A stretch of 64,000 nucleotides of DNA, taken from contig CAVZDU010000002.1 of NCBI GenBank assembly GCA_963774265.1, positions 544,001 through 608,000 of the forward strand, given 5' to 3'. How positions within the stretch are numbered: the first letter of the stretch is position 1; every line of letters begins with the position of its first letter. Of this stretch, positions 20,515-32,105 are shown in pieces. Source of the stretch: an uncultured Chloroflexia bacterium (GTDB taxonomy: Bacteria > Chloroflexota > Anaerolineae > CG2-30-64-16). The position numbers and the translations under genes are program-made. Below the pieces are notes generated by a model. The model was not told where the DNA came from. It was given only the letters and a program-made list of their open reading frames with translations, and searched no databases.

Positions 20515-21964
20515 TCAGCCCGACGTGCGCTGCGCAAAATAGTCGCGCGCTTCGTCGAGAATACGGTCCAGGTCCGCATCTTGAGCCGGCAGTCGTGAAT
20601 GCAGTGCTCCGGCGCCGCCAAGATCTCGGCCAGCTTCGTGCGAGCATGGTCGAGCGCGGTCTTTTTGCCGCCCTCCAACCATTCGGGATAAGAAAGTGAA
20701 TCGGCCGTTGCCGGGATGAACTGCTCTTTGCGCCACCATTTCCGCGTGTGCGGCCGGCTCAGATAGTGACCTGGAATCGGACCGACGGCCTGGATCAGCT
20801 CCACGGCAAGAGCATCCTGGCTCATTTCCTCGCCCGATGCGAAGCGGCCAACCATGCCCGCGATATCGTCATCAAGAATGGCCTGCACAGGGTGGGCCGA
20901 CAGCTCACTCGAGACGCCCAGGTGGAGCAGCATCGAGTTCACACCGGAGAGTGCCGACAAGATTGCGGCGATCCCCTTTTCATAGCCCGCCTGGAACTCG
21001 ATGCCCTTGGCGCTGACATAGCCCGGGCTGCCGTTGCTGAGCGGGAGGCCGTAATGGCTCCACAACTGGTTGAAGATGGCATTGCTGAGCGATGCGCCGA
21101 TCTGGCCGAAGGCCGGCGAACCGGTCCGCATGTTGAGCGGCGCGGAGAAGTGGCCGATCAGCATGCGGTGTCCCGCATGCAAGCACTGGACCAGCACCAC
21201 CATTGCCAGATGCTCCGCGCGTGCTCACGATCACGGAACCGGGCACGGTCGCCGGACCGGTGCCGCCCATCATCGCGCCATCCACCGTGGTCAGCGCGTA
21301 GCCGGCTTCGACAATGCGCCTTGCCGAGGTGATGGCCCCGCTGCCCCAGGTCAGCGGCGGAGAAGAGCCGATGGTCCCGACGATCTCGTGCCCGAGCGCC
21401 TGCGCCATCTGAAAGGTGAAGAGCTCCGCGTCATTGGAGCAGGCGGTCATCTGGTGCTTATCGGAATATTGCATGTGCAGGGCGACGCCCGCAGGGATGG
21501 CCAGGACGTCCGGCATGTCGTCAAAGCCGAAGTAAGGATAGCATCCCAAGTGATCGAGGTGCGGCAAGGCCTGCAGCACCCGAATGCAGTCGATGTACTC
21601 ACGCCGGGTGGGACGGCGCGGCTCCAACGTGTCGAGGTCAATGGTCTGCATGCCGGAACTGTGCGAGAAGTAGAACCGGTCGCCCCCGAGGACCAGGTCG
21701 TTCGCCGGGTTCGGCGCGGCCACGGAGAAAGTCCGGGGCGCCTGCGACAGGCATTCTTCGACCAGCTCGCGAGGAAACCGAACCCGGTCCGCGGCCTCAT
21801 CGACCGCGCAGCCCTGCCGAGCGAGGAAGGCCAGCGCCCAGGGGTCCTCAAACCGGACGCCTGTTTCCCAGAGCACTTGAAGCGTGCCCTCGTGCAGCGC
21901 CTTGATTTGCTCTTCCCCCAACATCTGCAACGATGTCCGCGCGCGTGAAGCCCTGACGAGCCAT
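20515..21964 (-). CDS. Trimethylamine methyltransferase (MttB) superfamily protein, non-pyrrolysine, frameshifted
   Basis: QIKALHEGTLQVLWETGV, RVRFPRELVE, SSPPLTW, MMGGTGPAT, NMRTGSPAFG, QAGYEK, VGPIPGHYL. Confidence 0.85.
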
Positions 21965-21978
21965 GCCCATCCTTCCTG

Positions 21979-22626
21979 TCAAACCCCCAGCAGCGTGTGC
22001 GCCAGTTTTACGGCGCCCGGCGCTGTCGGGTCATAGCCATCTGCGCCGATCGAACCGGCGAACTCCCGCGTGATCCCTCCGCCGCCCACGATCACCTTGA
22101 CGCGATCGCGCAGGCCTGCCCCCTTCAGCAGCTCGATCACCTTCTTCTGTTCGGCCGCGGTGGTGGAGAGCAGCGCGGACAGCGCCAACAGCCTGGCGTC
22201 GTACCGGTTCACGGCGTCCACGAACTCCTCGGCCTTGATGTTGATCCCCAGGTCATGGACCGAGAAGCCGGCCGCGCGTAACAACGTGGCCACCATGTTC
22301 TTGCCGATGTCGTGGATGTCACCCAATACAGTGCCGATGACGACGACGCCCAGTCCCTCGTGGCGCACCCCGCGGCGGGCGATCTCGGCCTCGAGGATGG
22401 TCGTGCCCGCAGACATCGCCTCTGCGGCCGCGATGAGGTCAGGAAGCCACAGATCACCGCAGGCAAAGCCGTCGCCCACGGCACGAATCGCATCGGTGAG
22501 CGCAGCAAGTGCGACCAACGGGTCGACCTGCTCTTCCACTGCCTGCCTGGCCCAGTCTGCAGCGGCTTCAGGATCGCAATCGGTGACGGCCTGACCCAGG
22601 CCTTGCAGTATCTCGGGTGCTTCCAT
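21979..22626 (-). CDS. Corrinoid (cobalamin-binding) methyl carrier protein, MttC/MtbC-like
   Basis: GDIHDIGKNMV (DxHxxG), LSALLSTT, VKVIVGGG and GADGY motifs; N-terminal cap LWLPDLIAAAEAM. Confidence 0.92.
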   Translation of the reverse strand: MEAPEILQGLGQAVTDCDPEAAADWARQAVEEQVDPLVALAALTDAIRAVGDGFACGDLWLPDLIAAAEAMSAGTTILEAEIARRGVRHEGLGVVVIGTVLGDIHDIGKNMVATLLRAAGFSVHDLGINIKAEEFVDAVNRYDARLLALSALLSTTAAEQKKVIELLKGAGLRDRVKVIVGGGGITREFAGSIGADGYDPTAPGAVKLAHTLLGV

Positions 22627-22666
22627 GCTTTTCCCCTGCGCTCATCACGGATCCGCGTTAAGCTCG

Positions 22667-23542
22667 TTACTTCATCAATTCCCGCAGGAAATACTTGTGC
22701 TTGCCGAACTGGCCGCCGAAGTTCATGGCCGTCAACGCCAGCACCCCCGGCACCTGCGCGGCTGCAGTCAGCGACAGGCCCATTGCCCTGGCCATGACAC
22801 CGGCACTCGCGCCGAACATCAGCAGGTTCAGCACGGACCCCACGCCTTCCGGAATCTTGGTGTCCTCGATCTGGTCGCGCAGCGATGGGATGTAGTCGAA
22901 TTCGCGGAACACTTGCTCCAGCCCATAGCCCATCGGCGCCACACCGTCCACCGCGGCGATGGCCTCCTTGGCGGCCAGGATCGCGGCCACGGCCGACGCT
23001 GCGTTCACGGCGAAGCAGACGAAGTGGCCATCGGTGCCCTCGACGCTGATCTGGATGGTCTTCTCGTAGGCGAACTCGCCGGTAGTCGTGGGCACCACGC
23101 ACATGACATGGCCGGCCTCGGTGCGCTCCGTATCCTTTTCAGACCACCGCTCCTTGGACATCTCGAACTTGTCATGGAGGTTGACGCGTCACGGTCTGCA
23201 CGCCAGGGATCGCAGCGTCGTAGATCGTCACCGTCGGCACCAGGGAGGCCAGGGCCACGCGCAGCTCGAGCTCCTTCAGCAGATCTTCCCGGCTGGCCGG
23301 GACGTGCGCCATTGAGACAAAGACGCCGGGGCGATGGTCCGGGGTCTCGTGCGGGAAAGGCGGCGCGCTCGATCCCGGCAGTTGAACCTGGAGCCGATCA
23401 TGCTTGACCCGCCTGCGCCGGCAAACTGATTGGCCGCGCCCAGGGCCAGCTCCGCAGTCATGGCGGTGATCAGGACACGGGATACTTCCAGCGTCCAGGC
23501 TTCTGCAAAGGTGTCGTAGACTTCAACCGCATTACCGTTCAT
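22667..23542 (-). CDS. Formylmethanofuran-tetrahydromethanopterin formyltransferase (Ftr)-like protein, divergent, frameshifted
   Basis: AAGGAG RBS; VEVYDTFAEAW..SRVLITA; ETPDHRPGV; VPTTTGEF; IPEGVGSV; VPGVLALTAMNFGGQFGKHKYFLREL. These match remembered Ftr segments IEDTFAEAF..RVLITA, ETPDGRPGV and PGVVKISAGNFGGKLG. Confidence 0.8.
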
Positions 23543-23561
23543 CAGAATCTCCTTGCGTGAT

Positions 23562-24580
23562 TTATGCGTCGTGAACGACCTGAACCTTCAGGCCCTCTTG
23601 CCGGCGCGCGATCTCAAAACCATCCTGCACCTGTTCCAGCGCGAAGCGATGCGAGATCAAAGGCTTGACCTGCACGACGCCGGCGCGGATCAGGGCCAGC
23701 GCATCCTCGAATTGCGCGATCGTCGAGTCATAGCTGCCGACGAGTCGCAGCTCTTTGTAGTGGATCAGGTCGAGGTCCAGGGTCACCTCAGGCACCAGGG
23801 TCGCGGCAAAGTAGAGCACATGGCCGCGCCGTGCGGCGAGGTCGATGGACTGCTTGAGCACAGCGACGCTGCCCGCGGCGTTGACGACCACGTCCGCGCC
23901 GCGGCCGTCCGAGCACCTCACGCACCGCGGCGAGGACGTCCTGTTTCTGCGAATTGAGCACCAGGTTGACGCCCAGACTGCCCGGCGACAGCCAGCCGGT
24001 GGTCCAGCAGGCCAATCATGACGGTGTACGCGCCGCGATGGCGAAGCATCTGCGCGTGCATCAGGCCGATCGGCCCGTCGCCGATGACCACGGCGACCGC
24101 GCCCGGCGCGACATCAACCTTGGACTGGCCGTTCACGACGCAGGCCAGGGGCTCCGCGAAGGCGGCTTCCTCTAGGGAGACGCCGGCGGGCACCTTCACC
24201 AGGTTGGCGAAGGGATAGGCCGCATACTGGGCCAGGCCGCCCGAGAAATAGCCTGCGTTCTGGCAAGCGCTCCACATGCCGCGGCGGCAGTAGTAGCAGT
24301 AGCCGCAGGGCAGCCGGCCATCGGCCACCACAGCGTCGCCCGCCTTGACGGTGGGCACCTCCGCGCCGGCCTCTACCACCGTCCCAGACAGCTCGTGGCC
24401 CATGCGGAACGGATAGGTGATCGTCCAGCCGCGGGGCTGCTTGCCGACATAGGCATCCACATCGGTGCCGCACACGCCGCAGTAGGCGACCTTCAGGAGA
24501 ACCTCTCGCGGGCCGATCTGGGGCATCGGCATCTCATCGACCTGCATGACCAGCGGCCCGTGAAGCCGTGCGACTTTCAT
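23562..24580 (-). CDS. Zn-dependent alcohol/polyol dehydrogenase (MDR family), frameshifted
   Basis: CGVCGTD, GHE, CGYCYYCRRG..C, EPLAC, VIGDGPIG. Confidence 0.9.
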
Positions 24581-24589
24581 AGCAACTCC

Positions 24590-25977
24590 TTATAGCGCAT
24601 TGAAGTAGGCGGGAAGCTCGATCCCGGCCTCCGTAAAGCGGGCCTGTGCGTATGCAACCGCCTCGCCGACCCACGCTTCTTCGTCAAGGGTTCGTATCCG
24701 ACGATCTTCCATCACGATCTGCCCGTCGCAGATCACGGTGGTCACGTCATGGCTCGAGGCGCAGTAGACCAGGCTGTTCTCGATGCGATTGATGGGCCGC
24801 ATGTGCGTGCCGGTCAGATCGACCAGGATCAGATCGGCCTTCTTCCCGCTGACCAGCGAGCCGATCTCCCGATCCATGCCCAGGGCCTCGGCGCCGCCCA
24901 GGGTCGCCATACGCAGTGTGACGGCCGCGGGCAACACGCGCGGATCCATGGTGGTCACTTTCTGCAGGAACGCTGCAGTCCGCATCGCCTCGAACATGTC
25001 CATGTTGTCGTTGACCGCACAGCTATCGGTGCCCAGCGAAACGACAACCCCGGCATCCAGGAATTTGCGGATCGGCGCGACCCCATCGGCGATCTTCATG
25101 TTGCACTCAGGGTTATGCGCCACCTTCGTGCCGGTCCTGGCGAAGAGCTCGATATCCTCGTCCGAGAGCCAGATGCAGTGCGCGCCGAGCACGTCGGGTC
25201 CCAGCAGGCCGAGGTTGTGCAGGTGCTGGGTGGGGGTGGCACCGAACAGTGACTGGATGTTGTGCCATTCGTACTCGGTCTCGGCGATGTGGATGTGGAC
25301 CGCGACGCCCTCACGGTCCGCGCGGCGGCGCACCTCGCGAATCAGATCGACGCTGCATGAGTTCGGGCAGGCCAGCCCATAGCGGAATGTGACGTCGGCC
25401 GCCAGCCGAGCCGGCGCACCGTTCTCGCAGCGCATCGGCCAGCTTGTACAGGGTCGCATGGGGCAGCAGCACGTCGGGCGAGATCCACTGGTCCGTCATG
25501 GTGAGCGTGTGGACCACCCGGATGCCCGCCTGCTCGAACACATCAACCACGCAAGGATCAGTCGCCCACTCCATATTCAGGATCGTCGTGATCCCGGCCC
25601 GGATGGCGTCGACGCAGCCGAGCCGCGACGAGTGCAATTGCGCAGCATGCGTCCCGCTCAGGTAGTCCTGCACCGCGACCTTGATCCTCGGCACCGACAC
25701 CTGGTCGATCCAGTCCAGCAGGGACAGGTCGTCACGCGTGCCCTTGTGGAAGTTCTGCAGGAAGTGGTGATGGGTGTCGATCAGGCCCGGCATGACTGCC
25801 TGCCTGCGCCGTCGATCACCTTGCGGGCCGGTAAGCGCGGCTCGACCTCGGCGCGCGGGCCGACGGCCACGATGCGCCCCGCGATCGATTGCGACTGCGC
25901 CGTGTTCGATCAGCGGCTGCGCTGTCGTCCAGGGTGACAACCAGCCGGCCCAGGACCAGCAGATCGATCTCAGTCAA
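24590..25977 (-). CDS. Amidohydrolase, MTA/SAH-deaminase/AtzA-like, frameshifted
   Basis: VMPGLIDTHHH, HIHIAET, GAHCIWL, AHNPECNMK, LGTDS, SLVSGKKADL; probable TTG start. Confidence 0.88.
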
Positions 25978-25978
25978 T

Positions 25979-27141
25979 CTACAGCGCCTCGTTCAGCAGG
26001 TCGACGATGTCGGTCACGGTCAGATTCAAGCCGGCCTTGGCCACCGATCGCTTCAGGTTGACGACGCATGTGGGGCAGGAGGAAACCACTTGCGTCTGCG
26101 CCGGCCGCGGCCGCCTGTTGGAGCCGTTCGACCGCCGACATCGCCCGCAAGATCGGTGAACGCGCTGAGCACGCCACCGCCCGCGCCGCAGCACAGGGCG
26201 TGCTCCCGGTTCGAGTACATCTCGACCAGCTCGACGCCCGGCACCGAGCTGATCAGCTCGCGCGGCTCATCGTAGATGCCCATGTGGCGGCCCATGATGC
26301 ACGGATCGTGGTAGGTCACCTTGCGGTTGATCGCATGGAGCTTGCCGGCGGCCAGGCTCGGGAAGAATTCGTGGGTGTGCTGGAAGTTCAAGCCCCGAAT
26401 GAATGCCCAAATCCTCCGGATAGACTCCCGTGAAGGCCCGGTAGCAGCCGGCGCAGGTCGTCAGCACGACGTCCGGCTGGTAGGCCTTGATGCGTTGGCC
26501 AGCGTGTATTCGGCTGCCTGCCTCATGGCGTCCATCTGGCCGATATCGAAGAGCGGATAGCCGCAGCACGCGTCCTCTTCCAGCACCGCGTAGTTCACGC
26601 CCAGCTTGTCGAGCAGTTCCGTCGGTCGACTTGCCGATGCTCTTGATCTTGCGCACGGTCTGGCAGCCCGGGAAGTACAGCACGTCGACCTTGTGCGGGC
26701 GTGACCGCCACCTGTGATGGGACGCGCCGCGCGGGGCCGAAGATGCTGTGATGCTGCACGGTGTTGTCTGCCACCGCGGCCTGGTTCTCCGTCATGATGC
26801 CGGCATCCACCAGGTCCGCACGCAGGGCGGTCCAGATCTCGAAGCAGCGGCATGCCCACCGGGCAATGCTCCCCACAGCTTCCACACAGGGAGCACTGGG
26901 CCAGGTGCTCCAGGAAGGTCTCATCGATATCCACTTCCCCCTCGAGGAGCTGCTGCGCCATATTCACACGCCCGCGGGCGTACTGGGTATCAAACGCCTC
27001 GGTGTAGGGATAGGTCGGGCAAACCCAGTCAACGCCTTTCCAATTCCACACGCGGCAGAAACCGCAGCGGCTGCAATCAAATACTTCCTTGCGCAATGCC
27101 TCGAGGCGGGAGGCAGGGATTCTGCTTGTCGCCATCTTCAT
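25979..27141 (-). CDS. Fe-S oxidoreductase with CCG domains (HdrD/GlpC/GlcF-like), frameshifted
   Basis: [57 protein letters not shown]. Confidence 0.88.
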
Positions 27142-27177
27142 CTCCTTATATCGACGTTATTGCTGCGGCAGTAAGCG

Positions 27178-28531
27178 CTATAACCCGATGACACCCGGGT
27201 TCATGATGTTGTTCGGGTCGAGCATGGCCTTGATGGCCTTCTGGAGCCGCCAGTAGCCGGTGTTCCTGCATGTGCTTCTGCAGATAGGGTCCCCACTGCC
27301 GGCCCTTGGAGTAGGGCGCTCCGCCCAGTTCCAGCGCCCGATCCATCATCTCCTGCATGGCATTCCAGACCTTGGCACGCTCGGCCATGTCGTCCGGGTG
27401 GTGGAACATCAGGCTGACATGCTCGGAACCGTGCGGCTCCGGGAACATCTGCTGAACATAGACCTTGATGTCATGGCGGTCCATGATCCGCTTCATTTCG
27501 TAGGTTGCATCGACCAGCTTATCGAAGGGCAGGAAGTAGTTCACCGCACCTGCGATGCCCTCTTTGAACTCCTCGCCGGTCAGGAACCAGCGGTTGTTCC
27601 AGAACTTCTGCACCCCTTCGGTGCCCAGGCACTCCATGTCCGGGATGCCTGGCGATCAGGCCGCGGATCTTCTTGACCCGCATTTCCACGTCGTCCTCGT
27701 CCCCTTCGACGTTATAGTGGAAGATGATCAGCTCGCCCGGCTTGATGACGGGCACCGAGATGTAGCAGACCAGGTTGTTGATTGCCAGATCGCGGAACAA
27801 GGCTGACGGCCGAAGCCAGGTCCGCGGTCTTGTAGACTTCCAGGAAGAATTTCTCAGGGAAGGGGAAGATGCGCAGCGTACACTCGGTCATGATGCCGAA
27901 CGCGCCTTCAGCGCCGATGAACAGCCCCGTCAGGTCGGCCCCGAGCCCGTAACGGAAGAACACGTCGGAGTTGGATTGGCGGCCGAGCCGGTGCAGACGA
28001 TGTCACCGTTCGGCAGCACCATCTTGAGGCCCAGCGCCTGATCGCCGGAGCTGATGTACTTGATGTTGCCCCAACCGACGCCGGGCCGTGAGATGTGGGC
28101 GCCCGGCGTGCCGGCCATGGCGCCCGAAGGCGCAATGCCGATCTTCCAGCCGCGCTGCTCCAGCGTGTTCATCAGGCTGACGTAGGTGATGCCGGACTGG
28201 CAGGTTACGGTCCCATTGGTCTCATCGATCTCGAGGATCTCGTTCATGCGCAGCATCTCGATCGTGATGCCGCCGCCTGCCGGGGGTGTGGAGCCGGCTT
28301 CCTGGGCCGAGCCGCCCCCGCGTGGCACGATCGGCACCTTGTACTCGTTGGCGATCTTGACGATCTCAGACAACTTCTTCCGTGGTCTTCGGGCCGCACG
28401 ACCAGGTTCGGCATGCTCGGTGGCATGGTGCCGAAATCCCTGGAGTACGCCTTGAGCACAAACGGCTTGTCTGAGACATATTGCGGACCGACGACGTCGG
28501 CCAGGCGCTTGAGGATTGCCCCGTAATCCAT
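27178..28531 (-). CDS. FAD-linked oxidoreductase (GlcD / D-lactate dehydrogenase family), frameshifted
   Basis: VPRGGGS, RMNEILEIDE, GLKMVLPNGDIV, DLTGLFIGAEGAFGIMTE; C-terminal LDPNNIMNPG. Confidence 0.87.
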
Positions 28532-28563
28532 TAGTTCATCACTCCTCGTGTTGCGGCTGCAGC

Positions 28564-29333
28564 TCAGTCGCTGAGCCGCCTGGTGGAAAAGACGACTTCG
28601 TGCAGCCCTCGTACGACGCTTTCGGGATCGCTGGCTTGCCAGACGCGGCGGCCGAATGCCACACCCGCCGCGCCTGCGGCGAATCGCATCCCGCGCCACG
28701 TCCAGCGTGTTATCAGCGCCGCCCTCGCTCGGCCCGCCCGCCACGATGATGGGCACGCTGGTCGACGCGACGACCTGCTCGAATGCTGGCCAGAGTTGCC
28801 GCAGTAGTTCGTCTTGACGATGTCGGCGCCGAAGTTCCATGCCGATCCGCGCCGCGTGCGCGATCTGCTCCGGCGCGTAGAATTGATCCGGCGGCGGCAT
28901 CATTTCGGCCAGCACCGGCATGCCCAGCCCGCCGCACTGCTCGATCAGTTCGCCGAGCCACTGCATGAGGTAGGGCTCGCCACCTCGACCAAAGAAGATC
29001 GATACGGCCACCGCGTCAGCATCCAGGCGCAGCGCGGTGGTTGCTGTGACGGCAGGGATCTCCTGCCGGGCTTCAGCACTCAGGCCTGCGCTGACACTGA
29101 CCCGCAGAACAATCCCGACATCAAGTGGAATCAGATCCGACACCTGGCGAAGAAAACCCGGCGTGAGCAATAGGGCCGTGGCGCCTCCGGCGATGGCACT
29201 GGCGACGATCTGGCGTGGGCGATCGATCCCGGCAGACGGGTCCCAGCCAGGGACCATGATCCAGTGGAACCATGAGGCATCGCTTCTCCGGACCAGCCAG
29301 GAGTCTCCGCAATCGTCTTTGCTTTCCGGTCAT
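28564..29333 (-). CDS. Class I aldolase, DhnA/LsrF/ADH-synthase family, frameshifted
   Basis: MVPLDHG, DADAVAV, GMPVLAE, HAARIGMELGADIVKTNY (Schiff-base Lys), PIIVAGG. Confidence 0.85.
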
Positions 29334-29368
29334 GTGCCATCCTCCTCGAAGCGTGTATTGGGGTGTAA

Positions 29369-29493
29369 CCGCCGGACGTAACGTCCGGGCTACGGCAACG
29401 CCCCGTGAACGGGGCTGACGATGCGTTAGCCGGCTCGGTTAGCCCGCTTCAGCGGGCGCTGCTAGGTAGCCCGGCGACTTTAGCGCCGGGCGG
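29369..29493. repeat. Inverted pair of ~50-bp REP-like units (BIME-like)
   Basis: Both units read AGCCCnnTTCAnnGGGCG-nTGC-n(1-3)-GTAGCCCGG-loop-CCGG(G)CGG; one on each strand. Confidence 0.65.
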
Positions 29494-31011
29494 TCTGCCG
29501 TCCGCGGTCATCTCCGGCGGCGCAACCAGCTTCGCCGCAAACTCGCTGAAATGGCGATAGGTGACGTAGCCGGCGTCGTACGTCGACGCCGAGATCGGGC
29601 TGATGCCTGACCCAGTCGGGAGGCTCGAAGGTGCTCTCGAGCGCAGCAGCCATGTCCGCTCCGTCCAGTGCCTGCTGGTACAGCGCAAACAGGACGCGTG
29701 TGACGGTCTCTTCTTCGGTATAGATGGTCGCATCGCGGCCGCAGACATCGGCAATGATCTGCGTCAGGCCAGGGGTTTTGGTCCCCCCGCCCGCCAGCGC
29801 CAGCTCCTCGATGGGCAGGCCCATCTCGCCGTAGATATCGAGTAGATGGCGCAGGCTGTAGGCGATGCCCTCCATCGCTGCCCGCAGCATGTGCCGGCGA
29901 TCATGGGCCAGGCGCAAGCCATAGAACCCCGCGCGGATCTCATCCGACCAATAGGGGCTGCGTTCGCCGGCCAGGTAGGGAAGAAACACCAGTCCATCTG
30001 AGCCAGGCGCCACTTCGAGGGCCGTGTCGGGTCGCCTCCTCGAAGGTGAGCTCAGCCGACTGGCCCCGAAGAACCTGCTGCTAGCATCCAGACCAACGAT
30101 GCGCCCGTGGTCGAGGATACGCCGCCCGCCAGCCGATAGGGCGGCAGGAATGGGTAGACGTACAGGCGATCTCTGGGGATCGTCCGCCTGCTGCTCCGGC
30201 GCCAAGCGCCATGAAGATCATCGATGAACTGCCCAGCGAGCAGACGACACGCCCGGGGCGTGGCGGGGCTCCGCCGATCAGCGCCGCCACATCGCCCACA
30301 CCGTTGATGATGGCCGGGCCTGGGATTGAGGCCGAGTTCGCCGGCGACGTCGGGCCGCGGCAGTACCGACAACTGCGCATCGGCCGGCAGAATGGGCGGC
30401 AGAGACGCTCGGCGTCCAGACCGGTCAGCGCAAGCCGGTCCAACGCCCAGGTCTTGGTGCGACCAATCCAGCAACGCTGCTCCGCCACACTCGGTCAAAT
30501 CCGTGCCCACCAGCCCGGAAAGCCGGAAGCGCAGATAATCCTTTGGCCACAGGATGGTGCGCACACCTGCGCCAGAATTTCGGGACGATGACGGCTCAGC
30601 CAGAGCAGCTTGGGGAGGGTGTACGTGCTGTTGAGCTGATAGGGCGGCAGTCCCAGGCGCTTCTGCAGCTCCTCTGTCTCCCCGGCTGCTCTGCGATCGA
30701 GCCACAGAATCGTCGGCGGCACCACCCGCTGCGCGGCGTCGAGCAGCACGGCGGAATGCATCTGACCGGTGAATGCGACCGCATCGACCTGATCCAGGCC
30801 CAAGCCACCCTGCTGCAAGTTCTCGCGTCGCTTCCCAGAACGCGGTCCACCACGCCTCAGGGTCGCCCTCGGCCCACCCCGGCTGAGGCGTCGTGTACGA
30901 ATAGCGTCGCACTGCGACCTTGAGCACTTGCCCCGCGTGGTCGTACAGGACCGCCTTGAGCGAGGATGTGCCGACATCGGCCGCCAGCAAAGCAGGGGTG
31001 TGCGGGGCCAT
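29449..31011 (-). CDS. FGGY-family carbohydrate kinase (xylulokinase-like), frameshifted
   Basis: AADVGTSSLKA, FTGQMHS, ILWLDRR, YTLPKLLWL, PKDYLRFRL, FLPYLAGERSP, RAAMEGIAY, LAGGG. Confidence 0.88.
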
Positions 31012-32033
31012 CAGACAGCCTCGCCGCCGACCTCGACCATGACCTTCATGCCTTCCGCGATTCAGCACGAGCTCGAAGCCTTCATGCAGGCGCTCGAGCG
31101 GCAACAGGTGGGATATCAGCGGTTCCACCAACACCTGGCCCGACTCGATGTAGCGAAGCGCCTCGTGCATGTCCTCAGGCGTCGAGTCAGCCGATCCGGT
31201 CAGGATCAGCTCCTTGTAGTGGATCAGGTTGGGGTCGATGTTCAGCGGCGCAACGGGATACATGCCGGCGAAGATATTCAGCCGCCCGCCCGCGGCCAGA
31301 CACTCGGCCGCCTCGAGCACGAGCGGGGAGGACTCCCACGGCCACCACGGCTGCGTCGACGCCTGCACCGCCGGTGGCCGCCATGACTGCTTCCCGCAGG
31401 TTGGCTGCCTGGCTGTTGATCACCACATCCGCGCCCAGCTTGCTGGCCAGGCTCAGCCGATCGTCGATCAAATCGGCAACGATCACCCGCGCGCCATAGC
31501 GTCTGGCCACCTGCATGTGCATCACGCCGATCGGGCCGGCGCCGATCACCAGCTCGGTCTCGACCGGCGCCAGGTGCAGCAGTCTCTGACCGCGCACGAC
31601 GCAGGCCAGCGGTTCAGTGAACGCGGCGGCCCGGTAGGAGGTGGTGTCTTCGCGGATCGGGAAGATGTTGCGCTGCGGGAGGACCGCATACTCTTCATAG
31701 GCGCCGTTCGGAAAGCGGGGGTGCTGGCAGCGGTTCGAGCGGCCGGTGCGGCAGGGGTCACAGGCGCCGCATTTGACGATGAAATCCGCCATGACTCGCT
31801 GGCCCGGCTTGAGATGCTTGACCTCACTGCCCACTTCCACGATACGGCCAGCTGCCTCATGGCCCATCACTCGGGGCAGCGGAACGTTCTTCTTACCCGC
31901 ATAAACCCGCACGTCCCAGGGGCAGATGCCCACGTAGGCAATCTGCACCAGGACCTCATCCGGCCCGACAGCCGGGCCGGGGTATCTCGCGCTGCTCGAA
32001 CTGGCCAGGCGCCACCAGCCACATAGACCGCAT
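31011..32033 (-). CDS. Second Zn-dependent alcohol/polyol dehydrogenase, frameshifted
   Basis: VGICPWD, GHE, CGACDPCRTG..C, EPLAC, VIGAGPIG, NLIHYKEL. Confidence 0.9.
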
Positions 32034-32105
32034 CGTTGGGGTGTTCAATGAAATGCTCCTGCTCGCCATCGAGGCTGAAAGGACGTTACCGTGTCTCGCC
32101 GGCCC

